A stretch of 64,000 bases of DNA from a virus (Duplodnaviria > Caudoviricetes), in the IMG/VR virus record IMGVR_UViG_3300034161_000008, positions 64,001 through 128,000 of that record; one strand, written 5' to 3'. The translations under genes were made by a program, and so were the position numbers. The notes beneath the pieces are model-generated. The model did no database searches, was not told the origin of the DNA, and saw nothing but the letters and a program-made list of their open reading frames with translations. Positions 1 to 9,511 of the stretch are shown here, in pieces (the stretch's first letter is position 1; the number at the start of each line of letters is the position of its first letter).

Positions 1-1
1 G

Positions 2-439
2 TGCTTGAATCCAGGTCTTGAGCAGCAGGATGCATACCAGCCAGCGGTTGTTGACCAGCGACGACGTAGCAACGTCATCGGTGACCATGCGCTCGTAGAC
101 CGGCTTGGGGATCAGTGACGGAACCTGATAACCAGAAGCCACACCCATCACAGTTGCCAAAGCCTCGTGGAACTCACGACCATGTCCCAGATACGCCTGG
201 AAGTTGAACGTCAGCGTCAGTACGAAGTCGCGAATGTCTTCCTTACCAAACACCTCACCGATGATGTCGGAAAGGCCCTGCTGGGTGAGCATCATCCATG
301 GGTGTTTGCGCAGTACGACGTCGTACACAAACGACATCACAATAGTCTTGCTTTCACCAAACGTGTTGGCAAGGGTGTGGTTGAATGCTTGCGTGAAGCA
401 CTCACCCACTTCACGAATGTCTTCAGCAGCAAGTTCCAT
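2..439 (-). CDS. Hypothetical phage protein, 3'-truncated by window edge
   Basis: Read by hand: ATG at 439, 2 nt after the stop of the RNAP subunit gene. Open frame MELAAEDIREVGECFTQAF... runs off the window start. Not in the ORF track. Confidence 0.7.
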   Translation of the reverse strand, partial: MELAAEDIREVGECFTQAFNHTLANTFGESKTIVMSFVYDVVLRKHPWMMLTQQGLSDIIGEVFGKEDIRDFVLTLTFNFQAYLGHGREFHEALATVMGVASGYQVPSLIPKPVYERMVTDDVATSSLVNNRWLVCILLLKTWIQA

Positions 440-441
440 GC

Positions 442-1119
442 TTATTCCTGGACGAGTGTGTTATCGAGGTGCATGCACTTCAGATAAATCGAAAGTGTCT
501 GCGTGGATTTAACGACCGTACCCAAATGCTCAATGGCTTTCTGGGACGTACCACCGGACTCAGAGATCTGGCGGTTCTGTGCGTCGAATGCTTTGGTGTC
601 ACCACCACGGAATTTGATCATTTCCGTGATGTTTGCATCCAGACCCAGCGCTGCCAGAATCTGCAACTCAGGATAAGACAACTTCGAACCCTGAGACTTG
701 CCGGTTGGCTGGCCAGAGAAATCGTCCACCGATTTGTTGTCCTCGGGGATAGAGATCTTCTTGGTCAGCAGCTGAGCCTGACGGCGCAGCGGGAGTTGCA
801 TCACCAGGTACTTGATCGGCGTCAAATACGGTGCATCCAAATGCGGTGACTTCAGCCACAGGCGCTGGAAGAAATTGTGTCCCAGCTCTTCGGCGATCCC
901 CAGATTACGCTTGGTGGATAGTTTCTCTGCCTGAAGGTTAGGAGCGATGATCACCAGACGGGTTTTGCCGTCTTCGATATCCGCCATGAAAGTATCGAAC
1001 TTGGCGTCCGACATCCCAGCGAACATCTCTTCGTACATCTTGACGTTGTTGCTGCCCGGCAAGATCTTCCCGATGTACTTGAGAATAAATGCTTCGGCAG
1101 CTTTGCGGTTAGTAGCCAT
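442..1119 (-). CDS. Virion RNA polymerase beta-subunit C-terminal fragment (phiKZ gp149-like)
   Basis: Motifs RRQAQLLTKKIS, SKLSYPELQILAALG and EMIKFRGGD resemble the RpoB C-terminus (GEME..AL..Y...L.E.LT.KSDD). Size 225 aa and proximity to uvsX match phiKZ gene order. Confidence 0.85.
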   Translation of the reverse strand: MATNRKAAEAFILKYIGKILPGSNNVKMYEEMFAGMSDAKFDTFMADIEDGKTRLVIIAPNLQAEKLSTKRNLGIAEELGHNFFQRLWLKSPHLDAPYLTPIKYLVMQLPLRRQAQLLTKKISIPEDNKSVDDFSGQPTGKSQGSKLSYPELQILAALGLDANITEMIKFRGGDTKAFDAQNRQISESGGTSQKAIEHLGTVVKSTQTLSIYLKCMHLDNTLVQE

Positions 1120-1140
1120 GGTCAGCTCGCTGTGAGGTGG

Positions 1141-1704
1141 CTAGTCAGTCTCTGGATTCCAGATCTTACTTGCCCAAGTCCTGTTGAAGCGTTGTTCCTG
1201 AAGCTCCTTGACTTTTGCTGGAGTAGATTCCTCCGAATCAAAAACAAACACAGTGTTCTTGATGCCGTTAAGCGTACAAGTGTTCACCATGTTCTTTGTA
1301 CCGGGAGACAACAGATCCCAGAATATAATCGCCTCGTTACAGACTTTCGCCATGTGTGCGTTGCGGATATACCCTGCGCTCTTACCGTGCAGATCCCAAT
1401 CAGCGGGCATCTCACGACATAGGATTTGGTTTTCTTTACACCAGCGGATGATCATGTCATCTGCACCGCGGGAAGCTTTACCAGAGATAAAGCAGCCGTC
1501 TTCCAACATCAACTTGCGATCAATAGCCGATTCAAGCGAATCACAAAAGTCCTCGTAGTTGTTGAAACCACGAGAACCCGCCACTAAGATCCGAGTACCG
1601 AAGTGTGCCACAAACTCATCATCCGACAAGTCCTGCACAGCTTGGTACTCGGTCTCGAAGTCGCTTAGTGAATCGCTTCCGGCAGGTGGTTCTCCACGAT
1701 GCAT
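1141..1704 (-). CDS. SLOG-superfamily (YspA/DUF2493-like) nucleotide-binding protein
   Basis: ILVAGSRGF...ISGKASRGADDMIIRW...ADWDLHGKSAGYIRNAHMA...AIIFWDLLSPGTKNM is the typical DUF2493/SLOG signature. Confidence 0.85.
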   Translation of the reverse strand: MHRGEPPAGSDSLSDFETEYQAVQDLSDDEFVAHFGTRILVAGSRGFNNYEDFCDSLESAIDRKLMLEDGCFISGKASRGADDMIIRWCKENQILCREMPADWDLHGKSAGYIRNAHMAKVCNEAIIFWDLLSPGTKNMVNTCTLNGIKNTVFVFDSEESTPAKVKELQEQRFNRTWASKIWNPETD

Positions 1705-2003
1705 GGTGCGACCCCTGTGCGGAACAAACGCAACCAGTCTTCGAGACTACCCTGCTCAACCAGGCAGTAGCGAATGTCCATGGTTTCTTGAGCCAGAGCC
1801 CCGATCGTTTCACGCCAGTAGCGATTGATCAGGAAACGCTGGATCTTTTCGTCATGGACGTGGAGGGCGTCAGGATGGACGCGGGACTCCCAGTCAGCCG
1901 GACGCTTGTGGCCGCTCTCGCTCAGGATCGCAGTGATCTTGGAAACGAGGTTTGGGTTTTCAACTGGCAACAGGCTGCCAATGTCTTCGTACTGTTCAGT
2001 CAT
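1665..2003 (-). CDS. Hypothetical protein (112 aa)
   Basis: Fits the tightly packed minus-strand operon; overlaps both neighbours. Confidence 0.7.
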   Translation of the reverse strand: MTEQYEDIGSLLPVENPNLVSKITAILSESGHKRPADWESRVHPDALHVHDEKIQRFLINRYWRETIGALAQETMDIRYCLVEQGSLEDWLRLFRTGVAPCIVENHLPEAIH

Positions 2004-2590
2004 TTTGGTGTGCCCGCCTTAGGCAGATCGCGGTAGTGGATGAGGAGCGCACGCAGTTCGTCGACGAACTCGTGAGTGTAAGGGACGTAAGCGTTGGGAC
2101 CGGCCTTCAGCATTGCCAGTTGGTCGAAGCTGCCCTTTGCTTCGAGGAACGCATCCACACGACTGAGGTCCTGACCCATCAGCTCGCGCATCTTGGCCAT
2201 GAAGTCGTTGTAGTGGAGCGAGCGAGGACGCTGCTTGATCAGATCAACCAACGCCATCTCTTCGTAGCTGCTGGCCTTGAGCTCTTCAGCAGACGGCGCT
2301 ACGTAGATGATCTTGAGGATTGCCCGGTACTCTTCGATGAAGAAGGAGGACATTGGCTTGGTTTCGCCATTGCCCATCTCGATCTGGAAGAACTCAGGAA
2401 CTTCAGTCACGCCGTCGAGAGCGTGAACCGAGCCGTCGGGATGGAACTCGAACTTAGCTTGGCGTTCGCGCTCTTCGGTGACCAGACGCATCAGGTGCGG
2501 ATGCATTTCTGCCTCGCACGATTTGCTCATATCCAGTTCGAGAAGTTCTTCGGCCGAGAGGTTATCAAAATCAGGTTTTGCTGTAGTCAT
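2000..2590 (-). CDS. Hypothetical protein (196 aa)
   Basis: Start coupled to the uvsX stop (TAATG overlap); codon usage like its neighbours. Confidence 0.75.
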   Translation of the reverse strand: MTTAKPDFDNLSAEELLELDMSKSCEAEMHPHLMRLVTEERERQAKFEFHPDGSVHALDGVTEVPEFFQIEMGNGETKPMSSFFIEEYRAILKIIYVAPSAEELKASSYEEMALVDLIKQRPRSLHYNDFMAKMRELMGQDLSRVDAFLEAKGSFDQLAMLKAGPNAYVPYTHEFVDELRALLIHYRDLPKAGTPK

Positions 2591-4068
2591 TACGCAGCCT
2601 TCGCAAGTGTGCCGACATCGGCTTTTGTGGTGCCGTGATAACCGACCACGCGGGTCTTCTTATCTTCGGCCAACCAGTAAGGGTGGTACAGACCAGCACG
2701 CATGCGCAGCAAGTCCATGGTTGACAGGAACGGGATTGGATGCTCCTCGTCATTGATGGTCCACCAGCCACGGGTATCAAGCAACTGATTCCAGTCGTAG
2801 CCTTTGGCCTTCAGATCGTCGTACAGCTCTTGAGGAGTGCACATGATCCCTTCGTCCAAGTGGTGCCACATGTAATCCATCTGGCACATCTCGGACGTGA
2901 TGTTCAACGCACGACGCAAACGAGCATCGTTGTCGATCTTGCCGCGCACAGTGGTACGCTGCAACGAGCAGTCCGGGTACAGGGCAATGTCGTACGAACT
3001 GCCACCTGGCTTCACCATGCCGTAACGAGCGTTGTTACGAATGTGGTGGAACTCAGTCAGCGATGGCAACACACCTTCGGTCTGCGAGACGATCAACTGC
3101 AAGGTCATGCCGGTAGGGCCAGACTTCGCGCGCAGGTTACGGATGTGAACGATGTTCAAGTCCGTATCGAGTTTCAGGTTGTCGTCAGAGTTACGTGGGT
3201 ACTCTGGACCTTTGGTGCCGTCGTTGATCAGAGGCGCTGCGTTGAACGCGTGCCAGCAGTTGTGGGTCACGAACGTGAACTTGTCCGTAGTCCCTTTGAT
3301 CTTGTCGCCGTTCTTCAGATGCTTGAGCTTCTGAATAGGAACTTGTTGCCCACCACCAGCCTGCTGCATCGTCGACTCTTTGCCGATGTGTGCAGTCATC
3401 AGGGTGTAGTTGTAACCACCGCCAGCCAGTCGTGGAGCTTCCATCAACAGACGCAGCTTGGCCAAGCCTTGTCGCATGTGGATGGTGTTGCCTTTGGAGT
3501 CGCCCAGTTCAACGTCCTGCATTGCAGTCACGTCGTCGGTTTCGAACTCAGTGAAGCTGTCCACTTCCGTGAACGTAGGTTGCAAGATCATCAACGGACC
3601 TTGACGACCACGGTTCCAGAACGGAGTGGATACCGAAAGCTTCGACGAGTTCTTGAGTTTGGCTTCCAGCCACTCTTTGAGCGCGTCCCACCATTTGTTG
3701 CCGGACAGAACAGTTTTGTCCGTGATGACCCAACGAGCGTTGGTGAGGATGTCTTCGCCGCCGAATTCTTCGATGCGGTTGATCATCTCCAACAAGTGCC
3801 ACTCTTGAATGTTCACCTCAGTATCGTACGTGTTGCCGATACTGCCACGCATGCGCGACATCGCAGTCAGAAACTGAAAGTGCATAAGCGTGGATTTAAA
3901 ATTGTTGCCGATACCAACGATACCAGTCAGCGCACCCAAGCCACCATTCAGGATGTACTGACCCAAACGACCTTCCAGGAATGTACCTGTAGGAACGTCC
4001 AGCAGTGCACCAATGTTGATCAAAGCTTTTACAACAGGAGCTGCTTCAAACGCGGGTCTGAGTTCCAT
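2590..4068 (-). CDS. uvsX: UvsX/RecA-like recombinase (phiKZ gp152-like)
   Basis: Walker A-like GIVGIGNNFKST, Walker B-like TEVDSFTEF, LMTAHIGK and IRNLRAKSGP. Start re-called at MELRPAF (4068) because the longer ORF overlaps the divergent gene. Confidence 0.85.
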   Translation of the reverse strand: MELRPAFEAAPVVKALINIGALLDVPTGTFLEGRLGQYILNGGLGALTGIVGIGNNFKSTLMHFQFLTAMSRMRGSIGNTYDTEVNIQEWHLLEMINRIEEFGGEDILTNARWVITDKTVLSGNKWWDALKEWLEAKLKNSSKLSVSTPFWNRGRQGPLMILQPTFTEVDSFTEFETDDVTAMQDVELGDSKGNTIHMRQGLAKLRLLMEAPRLAGGGYNYTLMTAHIGKESTMQQAGGGQQVPIQKLKHLKNGDKIKGTTDKFTFVTHNCWHAFNAAPLINDGTKGPEYPRNSDDNLKLDTDLNIVHIRNLRAKSGPTGMTLQLIVSQTEGVLPSLTEFHHIRNNARYGMVKPGGSSYDIALYPDCSLQRTTVRGKIDNDARLRRALNITSEMCQMDYMWHHLDEGIMCTPQELYDDLKAKGYDWNQLLDTRGWWTINDEEHPIPFLSTMDLLRMRAGLYHPYWLAEDKKTRVVGYHGTTKADVGTLAKAA

Positions 4069-4167
4069 TAATAAATTCTCACGGGGGGTTGTTGCTTTCA
4101 AATGATTGCGGGGATGAGTATTTTTATGACGTTTGCATTCACTAGCCATTCTACCGGACCGCCCACC

Positions 4168-4986
4168 ATGCCGACTAATAGTCTCCGTAACACGAAAAAC
4201 ATGATTGCACTGGAGGCATTCTCCACCAGTGATTTGTCGGGGCTGCTCAAGCGGGCGTTCCCACAGATGGTTGATGACCTCAAAAGCTTCATCGGTATCG
4301 CCAACCCACTCTCCGCTGCCATCCAGCTGACTCCAGAAGCACGTGCCTTTATTGGCAACGTTGTGAACAAGCACAGCTACATGGACACCGCTCCAATGGC
4401 AGCTTGGGTTCCTGAAGGCATGACGGCTACCTACGCCGACTACCTGCCGGTGCTACAAGCATCTGTTGAACACGCCGCGGGTGTTGTGGACGAAACACTG
4501 ATCCCGTACTGCACGCTGTTGTCGAAACTGATCTCCAACAAAGACGATCAACTCTCGACGCAAGCCTACGACTACTCCGGCCTGGAAAAGGTTCGTGACG
4601 GTCTGCAAGCTGCCAACGACAAGTGCTTCAAGCGTGGTTCGTCTACTGCTCAGGCTTCTTTGGGTGATGTGGTCAAGCGCAACTCCGAGTGGGAACACAT
4701 CCTCTCCACCAGCAACAAGCTGCTGGACAAGATGAACAAGGTTGACCGCAAGGCGCTGAACAAGAAGGTGGACGAATCTGCTCACCTGCTGGACACCATC
4801 ATCAAGAAACTCAAGAACGAAGAGTTCACCACGATCTCTCCACAGGTTGTTGAGAACTTGGCCAACGGTGCGTATCAGGTCGGCAAAGAGCTGGAGTTCT
4901 TCTCCATCACTTACTACCGTGTACTGAGCTTCGTTGAGGCTGTCAACAAGACCATCACCAATACCACTCAAGTATTGGCAAAGTGA
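4168..4986 (+). CDS. Virion (head) structural protein, phiKZ gp153-like
   Basis: Divergent from uvsX as in phiKZ. IALEAF near the N-terminus matches the S/A/G-X-E prohead protease motif. Start uncertain (4126, 4168 or 4201). Confidence 0.65.
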   Translation: MPTNSLRNTKNMIALEAFSTSDLSGLLKRAFPQMVDDLKSFIGIANPLSAAIQLTPEARAFIGNVVNKHSYMDTAPMAAWVPEGMTATYADYLPVLQASVEHAAGVVDETLIPYCTLLSKLISNKDDQLSTQAYDYSGLEKVRDGLQAANDKCFKRGSSTAQASLGDVVKRNSEWEHILSTSNKLLDKMNKVDRKALNKKVDESAHLLDTIIKKLKNEEFTTISPQVVENLANGAYQVGKELEFFSITYYRVLSFVEAVNKTITNTTQVLAK

Positions 4987-5044
4987 CATAACGCCCCTTT
5001 CCCCATTAGGCCTCGTGAGCTTGACTGGGGAAAGGGGCTTATGG
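4987..5044. terminator. CATA-hairpin-TATG element between convergent genes
   Basis: cata..GCCCCTTTCCCCA / TGGGGAAAGGGGC ttatgg; no U-tract. Confidence 0.75.
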
Positions 5045-5047
5045 CAC

Positions 5048-5467
5048 TCAGGTTTCGAGGACTTTCATCCTCGCACCGAACAGCTTCACCAGATCCTCGC
5101 GTATAGCAGGTTCTGGTGCGTAACGCAACCAGCCGGGCATTGCCTTAATCACGTCGGTACAGATGTGCCGAAGGGTCATTGGGGTCAGCTCGCGCTGGTG
5201 TAGTTCGTCCAAGCAAAGCTCTTTCGAACTCTTACCATTCCAGATCGCGCGGTTGAGCTGGATGCCGATGTTCAGAGAGTCTTCACGCTTGACCAATGAC
5301 ATCGCTTTGTTAAGCTTTGCCAAAGTCTCAGCATCAACACCTTCCGAACCTTCTTTGATCTGAGCGAAGAAGCTCGTCAGAAACAGCATCCGCTTCGTGC
5401 GATTCGGTAGAAGTAAGGAAAGTAGTGCAGTGCCGAAACCACCGGCCCACTTCCGAATTGCGTTCAT
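5048..5467 (-). CDS. Hypothetical protein
   Basis: Start MNAIRKW follows an AGGTG element just after the RNase H stop. Confidence 0.65.
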   Translation of the reverse strand: MNAIRKWAGGFGTALLSLLLPNRTKRMLFLTSFFAQIKEGSEGVDAETLAKLNKAMSLVKREDSLNIGIQLNRAIWNGKSSKELCLDELHQRELTPMTLRHICTDVIKAMPGWLRYAPEPAIREDLVKLFGARMKVLET

Positions 5468-5501
5468 GTGCATCACCTGGTTGTTTGTGGAAAATGGAAC
5501 T

Positions 5502-7097
5502 CTACGAAACGATTCGCAAGTTAGAGTAAACCCCTGCCCAAATCCCTTTGTCCTCTCCAGCCTCCACCACAGTTGCGTAGCGGAAAGATGTAGGCGACTC
5601 AAGCCAAGAAACAATCTTGACCTGTGGCTTCAAGCCTTCCAAACGTTTCAAAGCATTCCTGTCGAGTAAGTCGATCCCCAACGTTAGAGTCACTTTAGCG
5701 GACTTCGTGTCCTGGCCAACACCGTAAAGCGCCTCTGTTGGCAGAGACGCAAAGCCAACGTTGTACTCAGACTTCAGGGTTTGGATTGCTTCTATTTCCT
5801 CTCCCCCGCCTTTGATCTTCTTCGTTTTAAGGGTCGTCTCATAGAGAATAGACGTCAAATCTGTCGAAACGATCGACGGGTCACCCGCCAGATACAAATC
5901 GAGGATATCGGCCAGTTGAGACAACGACTCGACAGCACGCACAGCCAGGCGAGGTGGGTTCAGTTCCCGTGCCAGTGGTTCCAGCGGGTCCATGCCAAAC
6001 AGATCCAAACGGAACAGCTTCGGATAGTTCAGAACGTTCTCGCCCCACTCAGTCAGCTCTTTGTGAGTCTGAGCTTTGAACACCTGATCCAGACGCAACA
6101 TTACAATCGTGTCACGCTCGTTGGCATTCTTGATCTGGAAGTTGCGCACCAGCTCAATTGCAGGATCTGGAGTAGCCAGCTTGACCACCGAGAACGCACC
6201 GTCGGACATGCGCTTGCCCAACAGGTCGTCTTCCTTACCATGGTCGCCCATGTAATAGAAGCCAGGCTCGTTGTACGCGGCAAGCGTATTGAAGTAGCAA
6301 CGACGATTCGCCAACATGGCGTTCTTTTCGGTGTCGTACTTCCAGTAGCCGTCAGCAGTGGTGACTTTGATCTGCTGTTCCTGAATGCCTTTCTTGGACA
6401 GGATCACGCCGTAAGAAGCGTAGTTGTCCGCGATGGTGTTGCCCAGGTTGTCGTTATGCCCACGCACCCAATCGAAACGAATCTTGATGCCACGACCATT
6501 AAGAGTATCGCGAGCAGCCAGAAGTTCCTTCCAGTATTCCACGTTGGCCACTGGTTGTTGGTCAGCCTTGATCCAGCCTGCCTTTTCCCAACGATCAACT
6601 TGACCGGTAGTAAGGTTCTTCTGAACGTACTCGGAGTCCGTCAGAATCTGGACGCTAGTAACGTCATATTCCAGTGCGTGCAACAGAGCCCGCGTCGTCG
6701 ACGTGAGTTCTGCGATGTTGTTCGTGACTTCCCCTGGAAAGCTACCCCAGCCATCGATGTAATGGATTGGAGTAATTTGCAACAGAGGCTCGCCATTCGA
6801 AACGAAGGTGTTCGCAACCACTTTGGTTACGTAACCTTCCGCCGTCAGGATATGGTCTTGGTTACCAGTGCCTTTCTTTGGAGCTGCCGAGGAGAACATG
6901 TAACCATGCAGACCCCACCCACCGCTACCGCGAGATGGTTTACAACCACCGTCGGTGTACAGCACCAGACCCTGAACGATCGGCGGACCTTTAAGGATCT
7001 CATCAATCTCCTTGGTACTGAACTGCGGCAGAAGAGGAATATGTGGATGTCGGGGTTGTACAACAATCTCACTCCCCGGTACGATAAGCTTTGCCAT
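5502..7097 (-). CDS. rnhA: Ribonuclease HI with long C-terminal extension (phiKZ gp155-like)
   Basis: Catalytic motifs LYTDGGC, TNNIAELTS, ILTDSEYV and WVRGHNDNLGNTIADNYA. Confidence 0.92.
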   Translation of the reverse strand: MAKLIVPGSEIVVQPRHPHIPLLPQFSTKEIDEILKGPPIVQGLVLYTDGGCKPSRGSGGWGLHGYMFSSAAPKKGTGNQDHILTAEGYVTKVVANTFVSNGEPLLQITPIHYIDGWGSFPGEVTNNIAELTSTTRALLHALEYDVTSVQILTDSEYVQKNLTTGQVDRWEKAGWIKADQQPVANVEYWKELLAARDTLNGRGIKIRFDWVRGHNDNLGNTIADNYASYGVILSKKGIQEQQIKVTTADGYWKYDTEKNAMLANRRCYFNTLAAYNEPGFYYMGDHGKEDDLLGKRMSDGAFSVVKLATPDPAIELVRNFQIKNANERDTIVMLRLDQVFKAQTHKELTEWGENVLNYPKLFRLDLFGMDPLEPLARELNPPRLAVRAVESLSQLADILDLYLAGDPSIVSTDLTSILYETTLKTKKIKGGGEEIEAIQTLKSEYNVGFASLPTEALYGVGQDTKSAKVTLTLGIDLLDRNALKRLEGLKPQVKIVSWLESPTSFRYATVVEAGEDKGIWAGVYSNLRIVS

Positions 7098-7149
7098 TTT
7101 AAGACCCTTTGGATCGCGTATTCAAAAGATCTGTCGGTCCAATAAAGAC

Positions 7150-7620
7150 TTACTTTTCTTTCTCAGCGTTGCAGTTTTTGATGTAGTCGTCGTAGCTCTG
7201 ACGCATCTGACGACGGATGCTGATCGTGTACTGTCGCACTTCACCGAGGTGCTTCATCACAATCATGTCGATCTTGCGATCTTCTTCATCACTCACACCG
7301 CGCGGGGGTAGTGTGGGTAATTCAGGCATCGGTTGGAATATGGGCATGTTGTAAATCGGACAGCCCTTCTTACTTGTCGCTGGTGTCGGGCTTGGAATCG
7401 GGGGCGTGGGTAGCACCGATTGGGCAGGCGACATAAATGGTACGGCGGAGGCCTCGGATTGTTTCCAACCGTTGGGACCCCGCTCGTACACGACAACGAT
7501 GCGAGAAGCACCGGATTGATCATTGACTGAAGGGATGTCGAGACGCAAACCCCCGGAATCATTAGTAGCGCAGGCGGGCAGCAAAAGCAGCACCGCCATG
7601 CTCAAGTGTCTCAACTTCAT
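7150..7620 (-). CDS. Predicted lipoprotein, o-spanin-like
   Basis: Basic N-terminus, hydrophobic stretch and lipobox-like LLPA-C17; Pro-rich segments and extra Cys residues; start overlaps the upstream membrane gene by 4 nt. Confidence 0.55.
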   Translation of the reverse strand: MKLRHLSMAVLLLLPACATNDSGGLRLDIPSVNDQSGASRIVVVYERGPNGWKQSEASAVPFMSPAQSVLPTPPIPSPTPATSKKGCPIYNMPIFQPMPELPTLPPRGVSDEEDRKIDMIVMKHLGEVRQYTISIRRQMRQSYDDYIKNCNAEKEK

Positions 7621-8135
7621 TGGTTCTCATCCTTACGCATTTTCTCAAGCAGGTCGCGTACGGAGTCGTAACGAGTACCTTTAGGGCCTGATGGGTTAGA
7701 GACAGCACCGCTAGCAGAACCTGGAGTACACCGAGCCAGCGCTACCGCCAGTTCGTTGTTGGTTTCCAGCAGCAGTTTGTTACGCCCGATCAAATCCGTA
7801 AGCCGGGACTCCTTCGATGTAATCGTTGCTTGCTGCTCGTCAATGGTTTTGTCATCGTCGAGAGCATTTTGCTTGAGCTGATCGTTCAAGGCTTTAAGCC
7901 CCAAGAACTCTTTGGAATCGTCTTCCAATTTCTTGTGATCAACTTTAAGCTGGATGAACTGGGTGGAGATGTCGAACAGGCGTGGAGTCAGCCAAATGTT
8001 CATGCCGATCGATCCGATGATCGCAAACAACAGAAACAGTCTTAACTTGTTTGTTCTCAGCGCCTGTGTCAGCGTTTTGTCACCTAGGAACATTTCCTTA
8101 AGGAAAGGCCATAGGAACCTTAGGATCGCAGACAT
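7617..8135 (-). CDS. Membrane-anchored coiled-coil protein, i-spanin-like
   Basis: Single N-proximal TM segment (LFLLFAIIGSIGMNIWL) followed by a heptad-rich helix and a C-proximal Cys. Confidence 0.55.
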   Translation of the reverse strand: MSAILRFLWPFLKEMFLGDKTLTQALRTNKLRLFLLFAIIGSIGMNIWLTPRLFDISTQFIQLKVDHKKLEDDSKEFLGLKALNDQLKQNALDDDKTIDEQQATITSKESRLTDLIGRNKLLLETNNELAVALARCTPGSASGAVSNPSGPKGTRYDSVRDLLEKMRKDENQ

Positions 8136-8198
8136 GATTTTATACCGCCTTCATTGTATGGGCTGATTCATAAACATAACTTTGCTGAGAGTTCAGGC

Positions 8199-9503
8199 AT
8201 GTATACCCTCAATGGCTTTGTCAACGTCACGCCGCTTGCAATCAACGTGAAAGGCGTTGTTTCGCCAATCGGTGAAATCTCTACACGCTCCCTGACCTAC
8301 TCTCGCGAAGTTGGCCAGTATGCGTTGCCAGCGTACAAAGATGTCACACTGGTAACATTCCTCAGCAGTGAAGGCGACGACTTGGTCGTAGTGCCAGACG
8401 CTGTGCGGGATCAAGTTCTGAAAATCTCACAATGGTTGTGGGATCGCGCAGTTGCTGGGGCAAGTTCTAACGATCGTGATGAGATCCTATCAGATCTTTT
8501 GACTAAGTTCCAGACTGAAGCCAACACTTTTGATTGCGGTGAAGTAATCAAATCTGCTGACGCACGTTACGCTCTGCCGGAGTGGCTGAACTGGAAGAAC
8601 GTTGCCCAAGATGCTGGCGACAACTTCATCAAGGTTTACTTCGCAGACCAGTCGTTCCAGAACCAGTACGACAAGACGTTCGTTAAACCGGTGTTCACGT
8701 TCCTGCCGGTCGACAACTTCTTCCTGGCTCCTGCTGTTGTTATTGCCGCTATTAAAGCGCGTACTAACGCCATGCGTGCGGACATGCTGGAAACGGCAAA
8801 AGAAGGCTTCCCGGAAACCATCCAGTGGGGTGACTCGTTTGACTACGTGTCTCCTCTGGACAACAGCAAAACTCCGGCTGACTTCGAGGCGCTGATCTAC
8901 GGTGCTGCCGGTAACAACATCGACACGATCAAAGACGCCATCACGACTGAGATTCTCAAAGAGTCTACGCACACTCGTGACGAATGGGTCAAGATCCTGC
9001 CCGATCTGTTCAAGCGCACCGAAGTGATCCTGACGCCGATCTGGGACAAACTGGCCATCCCTGACAGCAACCAAGTCTCGGGTATCTACTCCCCAGTAAC
9101 GCTGCTGTCTCGGGCGATGTCTGTGGTCAAGCAAACCGCTATCGGCTACGCAGCCTATCACGTTGAGCAATATGCTGAACTGACTGGCCACCCGTACAAG
9201 TCGCTGGCAATGACCGCCATCGGTGGTCCTGAGAACCGTGACGACAAGTTCCGTCTGTCCCAGTTCTTCCCCGACTACATCAACGTTGGTGCAACTACCA
9301 ACGACTTCTCGCGCATGGGCAAATATACGACCGACTGGTTGTATATGCTGGCCGAGATGATGCTGATCGCTGAAAGCATGACTGCTTATAGCGACATTCC
9401 TCGGGGCATGACGCGCCTGACTCGTGAAGGGATCATGTACGTAGTCAAAAGCTACGACAAGACTCAGTACCTGGTTGCGGCTAAGAACAACTTCGTTAGC
9501 TGA
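8199..9503 (+). CDS. Virion structural protein (phiKZ gp157-like)
   Basis: Start re-called at MYTLNGFV...SPIGEISTRSLTYSRE; position after the RNase H block matches phiKZ order. Confidence 0.65.
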   Translation: MYTLNGFVNVTPLAINVKGVVSPIGEISTRSLTYSREVGQYALPAYKDVTLVTFLSSEGDDLVVVPDAVRDQVLKISQWLWDRAVAGASSNDRDEILSDLLTKFQTEANTFDCGEVIKSADARYALPEWLNWKNVAQDAGDNFIKVYFADQSFQNQYDKTFVKPVFTFLPVDNFFLAPAVVIAAIKARTNAMRADMLETAKEGFPETIQWGDSFDYVSPLDNSKTPADFEALIYGAAGNNIDTIKDAITTEILKESTHTRDEWVKILPDLFKRTEVILTPIWDKLAIPDSNQVSGIYSPVTLLSRAMSVVKQTAIGYAAYHVEQYAELTGHPYKSLAMTAIGGPENRDDKFRLSQFFPDYINVGATTNDFSRMGKYTTDWLYMLAEMMLIAESMTAYSDIPRGMTRLTREGIMYVVKSYDKTQYLVAAKNNFVS

Positions 9504-9511
9504 GGCACAAG

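Noticed and set aside
4069-4374. N-terminal extension of the uvsX ORF, and similar extensions at 15524, 24630, 26110, 45715 and 58517
   Set aside because: They overlap divergent or upstream genes and lack an RBS; downstream starts give coupled or RBS-supported genes.
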